From: Bacillota bacterium
GTDB lineage: Bacteria; Bacillota; Clostridia; TANB77; CAG-508
Length of the DNA stretch: 64,000 nt
Assembly: GCA_963929525.1 (NCBI GenBank)
Contig: CAWVJB010000010.1
Coordinates: 1,302-65,301 of the forward strand
Direction of reading: 5' to 3'
In this document: one piece after another, positions 47,101-56,317 of the stretch
How positions within the stretch are numbered: position 1 is the first letter of the stretch
Layout: each line of letters opens with the position of its first letter
Program-made: the position numbers and the translations under genes
Notes under the pieces: generated by a model
Told to the model about the DNA's origin: nothing
The model's input: the letters and a program-made list of their open reading frames with translations, nothing else
Databases searched by the model: none

Positions 47101-50100
47101 CAATTTTTTCAAAATCTTCATCATCTTGCTCACCTTCAAAGTATTCTTCACTACTAGTTAGATCTTTTTCACTATTATTTTCATTTCCTATGTAACCATT
47201 ATCTGTTGAAATCAAATCATCTTTTGTAACATTTGGTTTTGTCCCTGGCTCAGAGTCTGTATCTGCATGCTCTTGAGTAGTGATTGTTATATCATCTTCT
47301 TCATCATATGCTTCTGATATCCAAGCCACATTTGTTAATATTTGATTTGTACTTCCTGCTTCTGCTGTAACGGTACATTCTATTTGTATTGTAATAGAAT
47401 CTAATACTTCTCCACTAAATGCTTGTAATAAATAGTCATTATTTGGTAATTCTGCATTTAAAGTTGCATCTATTAATTTTAATTTTAATAGATTATCTGT
47501 TTCTGAATAACTTTCTACTTCATAATATTCAGATATCAATCTTTCAAATTTTAGACCAGTTGGTAATTGATCTTCAATTTTTGTAGCCATTCCAGCTTTG
47601 GCTCCTTCATTATATATCGTTAGATTATATATAATTTTATCACCAGTATTGACAATGATTGGATTTTTTTTATGTTTGTATATAGCTGTTGTTACATTTC
47701 CATAGTTATTAGCTAATTCACTTATATCAATATTAGGAATTCTATTGGTAATATCTATATCTCCCACTTTGGTAATATATTTTCTTAAACTTAAATCAAA
47801 TGGTAAATGTATATTTGTAATGATATAATTATTTTCTGCACCTGCTAAGATTGCCGTTTCTCCATTCGTATCATTTGTACTATTTTGTGCTGGACTTTGT
47901 TCAGAAATGCTTCCTGCTATTGGATAATATCCTTGTGGCACATTTACCTCTACCACTGTATATTCAATATCCACTCCATTTTCTTTTACTGGTAAATTAT
48001 CAAAAGTTACTGTCCATGCAGGTCCTGTTAATGTTTTGATTTCTCCTGTTGCACTTCCATTCTTATATAGCTCAAATTGTACACTTTCTGGTCTTAATCC
48101 ATCTCGGTTATCAAAATCATACCACTCTTTTTTTGCAGTAATACTGGTTACTGTTGGTGTATGTGTATTAGTAATGGTAAAGTTATTGTTACTATTTTCT
48201 ACTTTATTTGTTGTATATCCTTCTGGCACACTAACTTCATCTACAGTATATTCAATTTCTTGTCCATTTTCATATTTTGCTAATCCTGTAAATATATAAC
48301 TCCAATTATTATTAGCATCTAATGTTACTGTTTGAAGAGTTTGCGTTCCTTTCTTTAAGGCAATCTGTATAGTTGTTGGTCTTATACCATCTTGATTATG
48401 ATTATCTGACCAAATTTTATTAACACTAACATTAATCGTTGCTGGTGTATGAGAATTTGTAATTGTATAACTTTTTCCTGTACTATCTGTCGTGGCATTT
48501 GTATTTGTTGTATAACCACTAATACTTGTCGTTTCTTTCACACTATATATAACTGTTTGTCCATTTTCTTTTATTGGTAAATTTTCGAATTTTCCTGACC
48601 ACCCATTTGCTTCGTTTAATGTCATTGTTTGACCTGTTGATTGTTCATTTTTTAATAATTCAACTGTAATTTCAGTTGCTCGAATGCCGTCTTGATTATT
48701 ATTGTCTTCCCAAACTTTACTAACTTCTACACTGGTCACTGCTCTTACAACTACTTTTTCAAAATCATCATCATCTTGTTGACCTTCAAAATAACTTTCT
48801 GAATTCATCAAATCTTTTCCTTGATTATGATCATTTCCAATATAACCATCATCTGTTGTAACTAAATCCTCTTTTGTTTGTGTAGTAATCGTTGAAGGTT
48901 CTGAATCCCTATCATCTCCCAGATTACTTGTAATAACTGTTCCATCTTCATCTATTTCTTCTGCTATCCAGGCAATATTCGTTAATATTTGATCAGACTC
49001 TCCTCCTGTTGCCGTTACTCTACATTTTATTTGAATCGTTTCAGAACTTACATTTCCTTTTTCATATGCTGATAAGTTTGTTGTGTTATTGACTTTCCTT
49101 GTTAAATAGATGGTATTGGTTTGCTCGTCATATGTTTGTACTTCAAAATTTCCACTAACTACTTCTACAAACTCCAATCCAGTTGGTAATTGATCTACAA
49201 TTTCTGTTGCTCTTCCTGCTTTTTCACCTTCATTGTATATAGTCATATTATAAGTAATGATATCATTATTTTTTACTTCTACTGGATCTTTTCTGTGTGT
49301 ATATGTAGCAGTTGTTCCATTTTCTAATGTACTTTCGTCTATGACAGGAACTCTACTACTTGTTAATGCTTCATCATTGATTGCTGTAATATATTTTCTG
49401 AATGATAAGTCAAATGTTCTTGGCACTTTATATACTTCCATAATTGGTTGTGCCTCTGCATCTTGATTAGAAGCATATACAGTTAATATGGTTTTTTCGT
49501 CATTTATACCTTTACTTGCATTGTTTCTAGCTGTATCAATTAAATACTGATACAATTTTACCATTTGTTGCTGTCTAAAGTATCCTGCTGTTGCACTTGT
49601 ATATGGGAAATTTGTTGGATTGTATGATGAAAAATTTTTATATTCCCCTTTTTCTTCACCATCTGTATACCAAATCCAGCTAGTTTCACCATATTTATCA
49701 TATCTTCCATTTTCTTCATAATTTGTAAAATACCATATTGCTGCCTGCTGGATAGCATCTATTTCATCATCTGTTATATAATATTCTGGTACTCCATTAA
49801 AATCACTCTTTTCAACTATATCATTTGCTCCAGAATCATCTAATAATTGTTGTCTTTCTGCTTGTGTAGATACCCCTTTTACATAAAGAAGATCTGCCAA
49901 TGCTAATAAATTTTCATATTGACCATCATTTACAAGATGATTTAATATATCATTTTGTGCAGCAATTTCTGTTTTCTCTGTTTTCATATTATAGCTTACA
50001 TCATATGTATCTGTTGAACCTGCACCTGCAAACCCCGTATTTGCTTTTATACAATATGCACTTACTTCTGTAGGATCATTATAACTGGTATTACTATATT

Positions 50101-50299
50101 GTACAATTTTCCAGATTTTTTCTGCGCCAGAATCTGGATCTCCCATAGCATATCCCATATTTGTTGTTGTTCTTATCTCTGCTATTCCAAAATACAATTT
50201 TTCACTCATTGGCGTAGCTTGTACTGTCTGATTTAGAAAAGCTGATATGAAACATACTATAAATATAATGAGAATAAATAAAATTTTTCTACTTTTCAT
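44144..50299 (-). CDS. 2051-aa surface adhesin: signal peptide, thioester domain, DUF11-type repeats, six Cna-B-type domains, hydrophobic C-terminal anchor
   Basis: Thioester signatures are SAYCIKAN (Cys83, 50053-50051) and IQQAAIWYFTN. The FDLSLRKYIT...IYNEGEKAG...DQLPTGL modules are DUF11-like. VSKVWEDNNNQDGIRA-type Cna-B repeats occur six times, in two blocks of three. The C-terminus is LLAVETGQERIYYILGFTVLGTLAGGLILIKKFVI. Confidence 0.85.
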   Translation of the reverse strand: MKSRKILFILIIFIVCFISAFLNQTVQATPMSEKLYFGIAEIRTTTNMGYAMGDPDSGAEKIWKIVQYSNTSYNDPTEVSAYCIKANTGFAGAGSTDTYDVSYNMKTEKTEIAAQNDILNHLVNDGQYENLLALADLLYVKGVSTQAERQQLLDDSGANDIVEKSDFNGVPEYYITDDEIDAIQQAAIWYFTNYEENGRYDKYGETSWIWYTDGEEKGEYKNFSSYNPTNFPYTSATAGYFRQQQMVKLYQYLIDTARNNASKGINDEKTILTVYASNQDAEAQPIMEVYKVPRTFDLSFRKYITAINDEALTSSRVPVIDESTLENGTTATYTHRKDPVEVKNNDIITYNMTIYNEGEKAGRATEIVDQLPTGLEFVEVVSGNFEVQTYDEQTNTIYLTRKVNNTTNLSAYEKGNVSSETIQIKCRVTATGGESDQILTNIAWIAEEIDEDGTVITSNLGDDRDSEPSTITTQTKEDLVTTDDGYIGNDHNQGKDLMNSESYFEGQQDDDDFEKVVVRAVTSVEVSKVWEDNNNQDGIRATEITVELLKNEQSTGQTMTLNEANGWSGKFENLPIKENGQTVIYSVKETTSISGYTTNTNATTDSTGKSYTITNSHTPATINVSVNKIWSDNHNQDGIRPTTIQIALKKGTQTLQTVTLDANNNWSYIFTGLAKYENGQEIEYTVDEVSVPEGYTTNKVENSNNNFTITNTHTPTVTSITAKKEWYDFDNRDGLRPESVQFELYKNGSATGEIKTLTGPAWTVTFDNLPVKENGVDIEYTVVEVNVPQGYYPIAGSISEQSPAQNSTNDTNGETAILAGAENNYIITNIHLPFDLSLRKYITKVGDIDITNRIPNIDISELANNYGNVTTAIYKHKKNPIIVNTGDKIIYNLTIYNEGAKAGMATKIEDQLPTGLKFERLISEYYEVESYSETDNLLKLKLIDATLNAELPNNDYLLQAFSGEVLDSITIQIECTVTAEAGSTNQILTNVAWISEAYDEEDDITITTQEHADTDSEPGTKPNVTKDDLISTDNGYIGNENNSEKDLTSSEEYFEGEQDDEDFEKIVVEAKTQITVTKQWEDNNDQDRKRPGEITLTLYAGEEATEHTASVSKNGNTWTYTFSNLPKYADGEEIVYTVRETVPDGYTASDEGIADSANNYTITNSYTPETTQIVVTKKWEDNDNQDGIRPPEIQVELIKNGEETGNTVTLNEGNNWAGTFENLAVNENGEKITYTIKEITVDGYAVLITQNSENNFTITNTHTPGTTSVTVNKVWNDKDNQDGLRPDSIQVQLIGTIENDDGTTITVVDKNITITKDEGWIGTFNDLPVNEDGQEIIYTVREMTQIDGYTSEVRENTESTNNTEDTENIASTDEVKTTTVTYNARSMVRATSKNIEPKNFTITNTHIVEEEFDLALRKFMIAISKDETIEESDILRNEDGSGYAREPVVDASKLNTLDEDGNTITTAIYHHTKEPVLVKKSDIIVYMLRVYNEGEQDGYAAEITDYLPPYLTFVDGEFNEQYGWKISENGRMVTTRYLENSVIAKPETDVNGNHTLSYVEVPIMCRVSDSASTNQNITNLADITEYQDKDKQPVEDRDSKEENVEIPTDEELPSYKDEEIKNPYVPGQEDDDDFEKVIIKNFDLSLRKFITKVDEEEVTTRVPEVSYHREEEKLTYNHTKDPVEVVTGNVVEYMIRVYNEGDMAGYAQEVTDDIPNGLKFLPENATNIEYRWVMYDAEGNVTENSEEAVEIKTDYLSKEQEETEGENLLQAFKQEEEIGEGNPDYRDIKVAFEVVEPNESDRIIINSAQITDDSDENGNPVEDIDSIPDEWNEGEDDQDKEYIKLTYFDLSLRKWVTEAIVVEDGKEAVTQTGHTAEMDPEPVVKVELYRKDTNHVTVKFRYKIRITNEGDIAGYAKDITDYIPEGLKFVAEDNPEWTDKGNNIISTKQLENTLLQPGETADVEVLLTWINGEDTMGVMTNIAEISEDDNEKGAPDKDSTPDNQVTGEDDIDDASVLLAVETGQERIYYILGFTVLGTLAGGLILIKKFVI

Positions 50300-50533
50300 A
50301 TACCTCTCTTCCTCTCTTTTCTATATAATATCATTATATTTCATTTTTTTTTATTTTCAATATGCTTTTTGCTTGAAATATTTACCTACTTTTTTTCGAG
50401 CTTTTTCTATTTACGGATACAGACAATCTACATATTTTGATATTTATTACAATTTTATTTCTTTTTGATAACATTTTCGTTTAATAAAATACAACGTTAC
50501 AATAGGAAAGAATGTCTTTCCTATTGTATGAAA

Positions 50534-50559
50534 AATAGGACATGTTTTCATGTCCTATT
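50534..50559 (-). terminator. Rho-independent terminator after the 1189-aa adhesin gene
   Basis: AATAGGACATG-4-CATGTCCTATT, followed on the minus strand by TTTTTC. A second hairpin lies at 50499-50527. Confidence 0.6.
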
Positions 50560-50598
50560 TAGAAGTCCATTTGAATTTAATTAAAATGAATCCTATCC

Positions 50599-53500
50599 CT
50601 AGATAACAAACTTCTTAATTAAAATTAATCCTCCTGCTAATGTTCCTAATACTGTAAATCCTAATACATAGTAAATTCTCTCTTGTCCTGTTTCCACTGC
50701 TAATAATACTGGTGCATCATCTATGTCATCTTCTCCTGGTACTTGATTATCTGGTGTTGAATCTCTATCTGGTGCTCCTTTTTCATTATCATCTTCTGAT
50801 ATTTCTGCTATATTTGTCATCTCTCCCATCGTGTCTTCTCCATTTATCCAGGTTAACAATACTTCTACCTCTGCTGTTTCTCCTGGTTGTAATAATGTAT
50901 TTTCCAATTGTCTTGTTGAGATGATATTGTTTCCTTCATCTGTCCATTCTGGATTATCCTCTGCTACAAATTTTAAACCTTCTGGTACATAATCTGTTAT
51001 CTCTTTTGCATATCCTGCAATATCTCCCTCATTTGTGATTCTGATTTTATATCTGAATTTCACAATTACATCATTGATATCTTTTCTATATAACTCTACT
51101 TTTACAACTGGCTCTGGATCCATCTCTGCTGTATGTCCTGTTTGAGTTATTGTTTCTTTTCCATCTTCTATCACAATTGCTTCTGTTACCCATTTTCTTA
51201 ATGCTAAATCAAAATAGGTCAATTTAATATATTCTTTATCTTGGTCATCTTCTCCTTCGTTCCATTCATCTGGTATAGAATCTATATCTTCTACTGGATT
51301 TCCATCCTCATCACTATCATCTGTAATTTGTGCTGAATTGACAATAATTCTATCTGATTCATTTGGTTCTACTACTTCAAAAGCTACTTTGATATCTCTA
51401 TAGTCTGGATTTCCTTCTCCAATGGCTTCTTCTGGGTTAAATGCTTGTAATAAGTTTGGATTTTCTGTTTCTTCTCCATTTTCTTCTGTAGTTCCTTCTT
51501 GTATATCTTGCGTTGTATCTCCTACTGTTGTTTCTTCCTCATTTAGTCTAGTTTCTCCTTGTTCTTTTGATAAGTAATCTGTTCTGATTTCTACTGCTTC
51601 TTCTACGTTGTCTGTTACATTTCCTTCTGCATCATACATAACCCATCTATACTCTATGTTTGTTGCATTTTCTGGTAAAAACTTTAATCCATCTGGTATA
51701 TCATCTGCTACTTCTTCTGCATAACCTGCAATATCTCCTTCATTATATACTCTAATCGTATATTCAACTACATTTCCTGTTACAACTTCTACTGGTTCTT
51801 TTGTATGATTGTATGTGATTTTTTCCTCTTCTCTTTGATAACTTACTTCTGGTATTCTTGTTGTAACTTCTTCTTCATTTACTTTTGTGATAAATTTTCT
51901 TAATGCTAAGTCAAAGTCTTGGATAATCACATTATCATAATCTTCATCATCTTCATATTTTACCCATTCTTCTGGTTTTGAATCTCTATCATCTACTGGG
52001 TTTCCTTCACTATCGGCATCTTCTGTGATAGCTGCTTCATTTCTAATAATTCCAATACTTGGATCATCTGTTACTACTTTAAAGATAACAGCTATTTCTT
52101 TATAGTCTGGATTTTTTTCTGTTTCTGTATCAGAATAAGGACTGTTTGGATCAAATGCTTTTATTAAATTGGCTCCTGGTGTTGTAATTTCTTCTCCTTT
52201 TCCTCTTCCTAAATAATCTGTTTTAATTTTGGTTGTATCACCTTCCACATAAGTCCATCCCATTGATGTATTAAATTCTACTGCAGCTAATTCTTCTTCA
52301 TCTGTAATTGGATTCATATTAGAATCTACTTCTGCACCAAGAAATTCTAAACCTTTTGGAATATCTTCAGTAATTTCTTCTGCATAACCATCTATTTCTC
52401 CCTCATTGTAAATTCTAAATGTATAAGTGATTAAATCTCCTGTTTGTACTGAAACTGGTTCTTTATTCATTTGATAATCTGCTGTTGTTTGTGTTCCATT
52501 CGCTAAGTTTGTAATATCAACACCTAATAATCTTTCTGGAATGTTTTCTCCATTTACTCCAGTAATTCTTTTAATTAATTTTAAGTCAAATTCTTTTTCT
52601 TCTGGAACATTAACAACTACTTTTTCAAAATCATCATCATCTTGCTCTCCTTCATAGAAATAATCTGAATCTCCTAAATCATCTTTGTTTTCTGTATTTC
52701 CTCGATAATCTTCCATGTTATCTTTATTGACATCTGGTGTTGTTCCTGGCTCTGAATCTCTATCTTCTCCTACTTCATCAATAACATTTCCATATTCATC
52801 TATTTCTTCTGCTATCCATGCAACATTTGTTAATATTTTTCCATTTTCACTTGCATCTACTATACATTCAATCTCTATTGTTTCTGAATCTAATTGTCCT
52901 TGTTGATATGCTGTTAAATTTTCTGTATTACTTTCTTCTCTGGTGATAGTTACTCTGTTTGTCTCTTCATCATATTGTGCTGTAAATCCTTCTGTTATGA
53001 TTTGTGAATATGTTAATCCACTTGGTAGTTGATCTATAATTTGTGTAGCTCTTCCGTCTACTTCGCCTTCATTATAGATGGTGATATGATATGTCACCTT
53101 ATCTCCATTTTCTACCATTACTGGATCTTTTCTATGCTGATATGTAGCTGTTGTTCCATTTTCTAATGTACTTTCATCTATGACTGGTACTCTCGTATTG
53201 GTAACAGGTTCTCCATTGATTTCTGTTATATATTTCCTTAAAGCTAAATCAAATTCTTGTGGTATTTTTTCTACTTTCATTAATGGTTGTGAATTTCCTG
53301 TTGCTGTCGTATATAATGTTAATTGATTTCTATGTTTTACATTAGGATCTTCATAATTTGCTGCTTGCTCTTTTGCTTCATCTATTAAATATTGATATAA
53401 TTTTACAGCTTGTTCTCTTCTTACAAATCCTACTGCTGGTGTTTTATCTGTTCCATATGATGATAATGGTTCATATTGTGTTCCATCTTCTGTATAATAT

Positions 53501-54168
53501 AACCATGCATCCTCATCATAAACATCATATTTTCCATTTTCTTCTCCATAGTTCGTAAAATACCATATTGCTGCTTGTTGTACGGCTTCTATTTCATCAT
53601 CTGTTATGTTATATTCTTCCCCTAAACCTGCATATTCTTGCTCTTGTAATGCTAAGACACCTGATTCTCTTAATAAAGTTTCTTTCTCAGCATCTGTTGA
53701 TTCTCCTGGTATATAGATTAAGTTAGCTATCGCTAATAACTCATTATAGTGACCACCATTTACTAGATTAGATAATACTTTATTTGTATTCGCATCTTGA
53801 TCTGCTATTTCTAACCTTTCTGTATACATGTCAAATTTCAAATTATATTCTTGTATTTCTTTTGTTCCTTGACCTTCTGTAAATCCAACACCTGCTTTCA
53901 CACAATATACATTTACTTCAGTAGGGTCATTTGTATTTTCTCCACTATATTGTACAATATTCCATATTTTTGCAGCACTTCCTGTTTCTTCACTGTTGGA
54001 ATCTGGATCTTTAATAGAATATCCCATTCCTGTTGCTTCTCTTAATTCTGTTATTCCAAAATACAATGGTGGTGTTTGTTCTGCAGCTCTTACAATATTA
54101 GGTATCATTGCTACACAAATCATTAATAATAGTACTATGAAAACTCTCATAATTTTATTAATACTCAT
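50599..54168 (-). CDS. 1189-aa surface adhesin paralog: signal peptide, thioester domain, DUF11-type repeats, same C-terminal anchor
   Basis: VYCVKAGVGF and VQQAAIWYFTN motifs. The C-terminal ~380 aa are nearly identical to those of the 2051-aa protein. Confidence 0.85.
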   Translation of the reverse strand: MSINKIMRVFIVLLLMICVAMIPNIVRAAEQTPPLYFGITELREATGMGYSIKDPDSNSEETGSAAKIWNIVQYSGENTNDPTEVNVYCVKAGVGFTEGQGTKEIQEYNLKFDMYTERLEIADQDANTNKVLSNLVNGGHYNELLAIANLIYIPGESTDAEKETLLRESGVLALQEQEYAGLGEEYNITDDEIEAVQQAAIWYFTNYGEENGKYDVYDEDAWLYYTEDGTQYEPLSSYGTDKTPAVGFVRREQAVKLYQYLIDEAKEQAANYEDPNVKHRNQLTLYTTATGNSQPLMKVEKIPQEFDLALRKYITEINGEPVTNTRVPVIDESTLENGTTATYQHRKDPVMVENGDKVTYHITIYNEGEVDGRATQIIDQLPSGLTYSQIITEGFTAQYDEETNRVTITREESNTENLTAYQQGQLDSETIEIECIVDASENGKILTNVAWIAEEIDEYGNVIDEVGEDRDSEPGTTPDVNKDNMEDYRGNTENKDDLGDSDYFYEGEQDDDDFEKVVVNVPEEKEFDLKLIKRITGVNGENIPERLLGVDITNLANGTQTTADYQMNKEPVSVQTGDLITYTFRIYNEGEIDGYAEEITEDIPKGLEFLGAEVDSNMNPITDEEELAAVEFNTSMGWTYVEGDTTKIKTDYLGRGKGEEITTPGANLIKAFDPNSPYSDTETEKNPDYKEIAVIFKVVTDDPSIGIIRNEAAITEDADSEGNPVDDRDSKPEEWVKYEDDEDYDNVIIQDFDLALRKFITKVNEEEVTTRIPEVSYQREEEKITYNHTKEPVEVVTGNVVEYTIRVYNEGDIAGYAEEVADDIPDGLKFLPENATNIEYRWVMYDAEGNVTDNVEEAVEIRTDYLSKEQGETRLNEEETTVGDTTQDIQEGTTEENGEETENPNLLQAFNPEEAIGEGNPDYRDIKVAFEVVEPNESDRIIVNSAQITDDSDEDGNPVEDIDSIPDEWNEGEDDQDKEYIKLTYFDLALRKWVTEAIVIEDGKETITQTGHTAEMDPEPVVKVELYRKDINDVIVKFRYKIRITNEGDIAGYAKEITDYVPEGLKFVAEDNPEWTDEGNNIISTRQLENTLLQPGETAEVEVLLTWINGEDTMGEMTNIAEISEDDNEKGAPDRDSTPDNQVPGEDDIDDAPVLLAVETGQERIYYVLGFTVLGTLAGGLILIKKFVI

Positions 54169-54478
54169 AGTTATCTCTCCTTATTATAAATCTTAATGTA
54201 CTTATATTTTATCGCATTTTTTTAATTAGTCAATAACATTTTTTCCCTGTTTTTTTTAATGCCAAAACGTAATGTTTTTTACCTTAGGGATATAAGTTTT
54301 TCAAGCTTGTCATATTCTTTATCTTCACATTACAATTATATTACATTTTCTTTATAAATTCAAGCTTTTATGTTAATTTGTGCTCATTTTTCTTATGTCC
54401 GTAACATTCTATCATTTTTATATCTATAGTTATATTTTTTTTGTGTGTTTCATATGCTTACTTTGAGGGTAATATTTT

Positions 54479-55756
54479 ATGAAACAATTTAAATTTTTTT
54501 ATAAAATCATGTTTTTATTTTTCCTAACACTATTTATCAGCAAATCTGTTTTGGCAGATGATTTACTCCCTATTGAAGATGATTTTGACATTTCAGAAAT
54601 AATGAATGTAGATAGTCTAGAAACCAATAGTAATCCTATACAAATGCCTACAATAAATTCTAGAGCCTATGTCGTAATTGATAGAAAGTCAAACACAATA
54701 CTTGTAGGAAAAAACGAAAATCAAAAGAAAAAAATGGCTTCTACCACGAAAATTATGACAGCACTTATTGTTATTGAACATACCAATTTATCTGATACTG
54801 TTGAAATTTCTAAAAAAGCAGCTAATACAGGTGGTTCTCGACTTGGCTTAAAAACTGGTGACAAAATAACCGTTTCTGATTTATTATATGGTCTTATGAT
54901 GCGTTCTGGTAATGATGCTGCTGTCGCTTTAGCAGAACATGTAGCAGGTTCTATTACTGATTTTGCTAACTTAATGAATGAAAAAGCCATCTCATTAGGA
55001 CTTTCTAATACGCATTTTGTTACACCTCATGGATTAGATGAAGATGAACATTATACTACTGCCTATGAATTAGCTTTACTTTCAAATTATGCTATGAATA
55101 ATGAAATTTTTGCCAAAATAGTTGGAACAAAAAATTATACGATTACAATTAATGGATATCCAAAAACACTGACAAATACGAATGAACTATTAGGAGCCTT
55201 AAATGGCGTTTATGGCATAAAAACTGGATTTACAAATGGTGCCAATCGATGTTTAGTCACATGTTGTAAGAGAAGCAATATGGATATAATTTGTGTAGTC
55301 CTTGGTGCTGATACAAAAAAATATCGAACAACTGATAGTATCAAATTGATTGAGTATGCTTTTCAAAATTTTACATGTGTCAATATTGAAGAAATCTTTT
55401 CTAATTATTTTGAAATTTGGAAAAAAGAAAACCTTCAAAATATCACTATCACTAAAGGAGTTTCAAATTATTTAGATATAACATTTGAGGAACTTCCCTA
55501 TTCTTCTATTCCTATAAGAAATGATTTAGTTGATAAGCTCCATGTATATATAAACTATGAATCTGTTTTAAAAGCTCCTATTACAAAAGGAACTTCTATT
55601 GGAAATATGACTTTAGAATTAGAAGGAAAAATAATCCATAGTAGTAATTTGTTTATCAATACAGAAATTGCGCACAAAAATACTTTTGATTACTTATATT
55701 ATTTTTATCAAAACTTATCAACAATTTTCAATACGATTCTTCAAATGGAACGATAG
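54479..55756 (+). CDS. serine-type D-Ala-D-Ala carboxypeptidase (peptidase S11, PBP5 family)
   Basis: Signal peptide and the motifs SxxK (ASTTKIM), SGN (RSGNDAA) and KTG (IKTGFT). Confidence 0.85.
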   Translation: MKQFKFFYKIMFLFFLTLFISKSVLADDLLPIEDDFDISEIMNVDSLETNSNPIQMPTINSRAYVVIDRKSNTILVGKNENQKKKMASTTKIMTALIVIEHTNLSDTVEISKKAANTGGSRLGLKTGDKITVSDLLYGLMMRSGNDAAVALAEHVAGSITDFANLMNEKAISLGLSNTHFVTPHGLDEDEHYTTAYELALLSNYAMNNEIFAKIVGTKNYTITINGYPKTLTNTNELLGALNGVYGIKTGFTNGANRCLVTCCKRSNMDIICVVLGADTKKYRTTDSIKLIEYAFQNFTCVNIEEIFSNYFEIWKKENLQNITITKGVSNYLDITFEELPYSSIPIRNDLVDKLHVYINYESVLKAPITKGTSIGNMTLELEGKIIHSSNLFINTEIAHKNTFDYLYYFYQNLSTIFNTILQMER

Positions 55757-55800
55757 GGACGTACCAAATCATTCCATTTCTTGTATTCTTGTATAGGAAA

Positions 55801-55832
55801 AACGGAACGATTTGGCGTCCCTATCGTTCCGT
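55801..55832. terminator. bidirectional terminator between convergent genes
   Basis: Perfect 11-bp stem AACGGAACGAT-10-ATCGTTCCGTT with T-rich runs on both strands. It overlaps a longer imperfect palindrome, GGGACGTACCAAATC...GATTTGGCGTCCC. Confidence 0.6.
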
Positions 55833-56075
55833 TTATTTTACGTTTTCTTTTATGTATTCAACAACATCTCCTACAGTAACAACTTTTTCTGCATCACTAT
55901 CAGGAATTTCAATATCAAATTCTTCTTCTAGTGCCATAACTAATTCAACAATATCTAATGAATCAGCTCCTAAATCATCTATAAAAGATGCTTCCATTGT
56001 AACTGCGTTTTCAGCTACACCTAATTGTTCTACAATGATTCCTTTTACTTTCTCTAAAACTTCTTCTGAACTCAT
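55833..56075 (-). CDS. acpP: acyl carrier protein
   Basis: [19 protein letters not shown] motif. GAGGAGGTGA RBS before the Met at 56075. The listed ORF (to 56174) is over-extended. Confidence 0.9.
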   Translation of the reverse strand: MSSEEVLEKVKGIIVEQLGVAENAVTMEASFIDDLGADSLDIVELVMALEEEFDIEIPDSDAEKVVTVGDVVEYIKENVK

Positions 56076-56220
56076 TTTCTCGAGTTCACCTCCTCTCAAG
56101 TTTGCAAACAATCTATACATTTGATATTTTGCTTCTACAGATTCATTTATATTATATGTTTGCATATTTGTCAAGTAAATTTGATAAATATTTTTCTTTT
56201 ATACAAGTAAGTCAATTTTC

Positions 56221-56317
56221 TTTTGTCCAATTGGGGACGTTTCTATTTGGGACATTTTCAATGCTTAATATATTATTTTCAAAAAATGTCCCAAATAAAA
56301 ACGTCCCCAATTGGACA
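56221..56317. repeat. Rep-B inverted doublet, compact copy
   Basis: TTTTGTCCAATTGGGGACGTTTCTATTTGGGACATTTT and its reverse complement, with a 23-bp spacer. It abuts the plsX stop codon. Confidence 0.9.

Noticed and set aside
46300-49400. Periodic ~270-bp DNA repeats that could be mistaken for a repeat array or CRISPR.
   Set aside because: They are in-frame Cna-B and DUF11 domain repeats of the adhesin gene. There is no short constant repeat with unique spacers, and no cas genes are present.
50300-50598. Looked for c-di-GMP riboswitches upstream of the adhesin genes (also 54169-54478).
   Set aside because: The regions are uniformly AT-rich, with only terminator-like hairpins. Nothing resembles GEMM-type GC-rich helices. 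This was a visual check only.
44257-54196. Many short ORFs on the + strand within the two adhesin genes (for example 44257-44469, 46026-46289, 48036-48299, 50712-50924, 53358-53558).
   Set aside because: They are antisense to long, clearly coding, repeat-rich genes. The paired copies (44257 and 50712) simply mirror the duplicated coding sequence.
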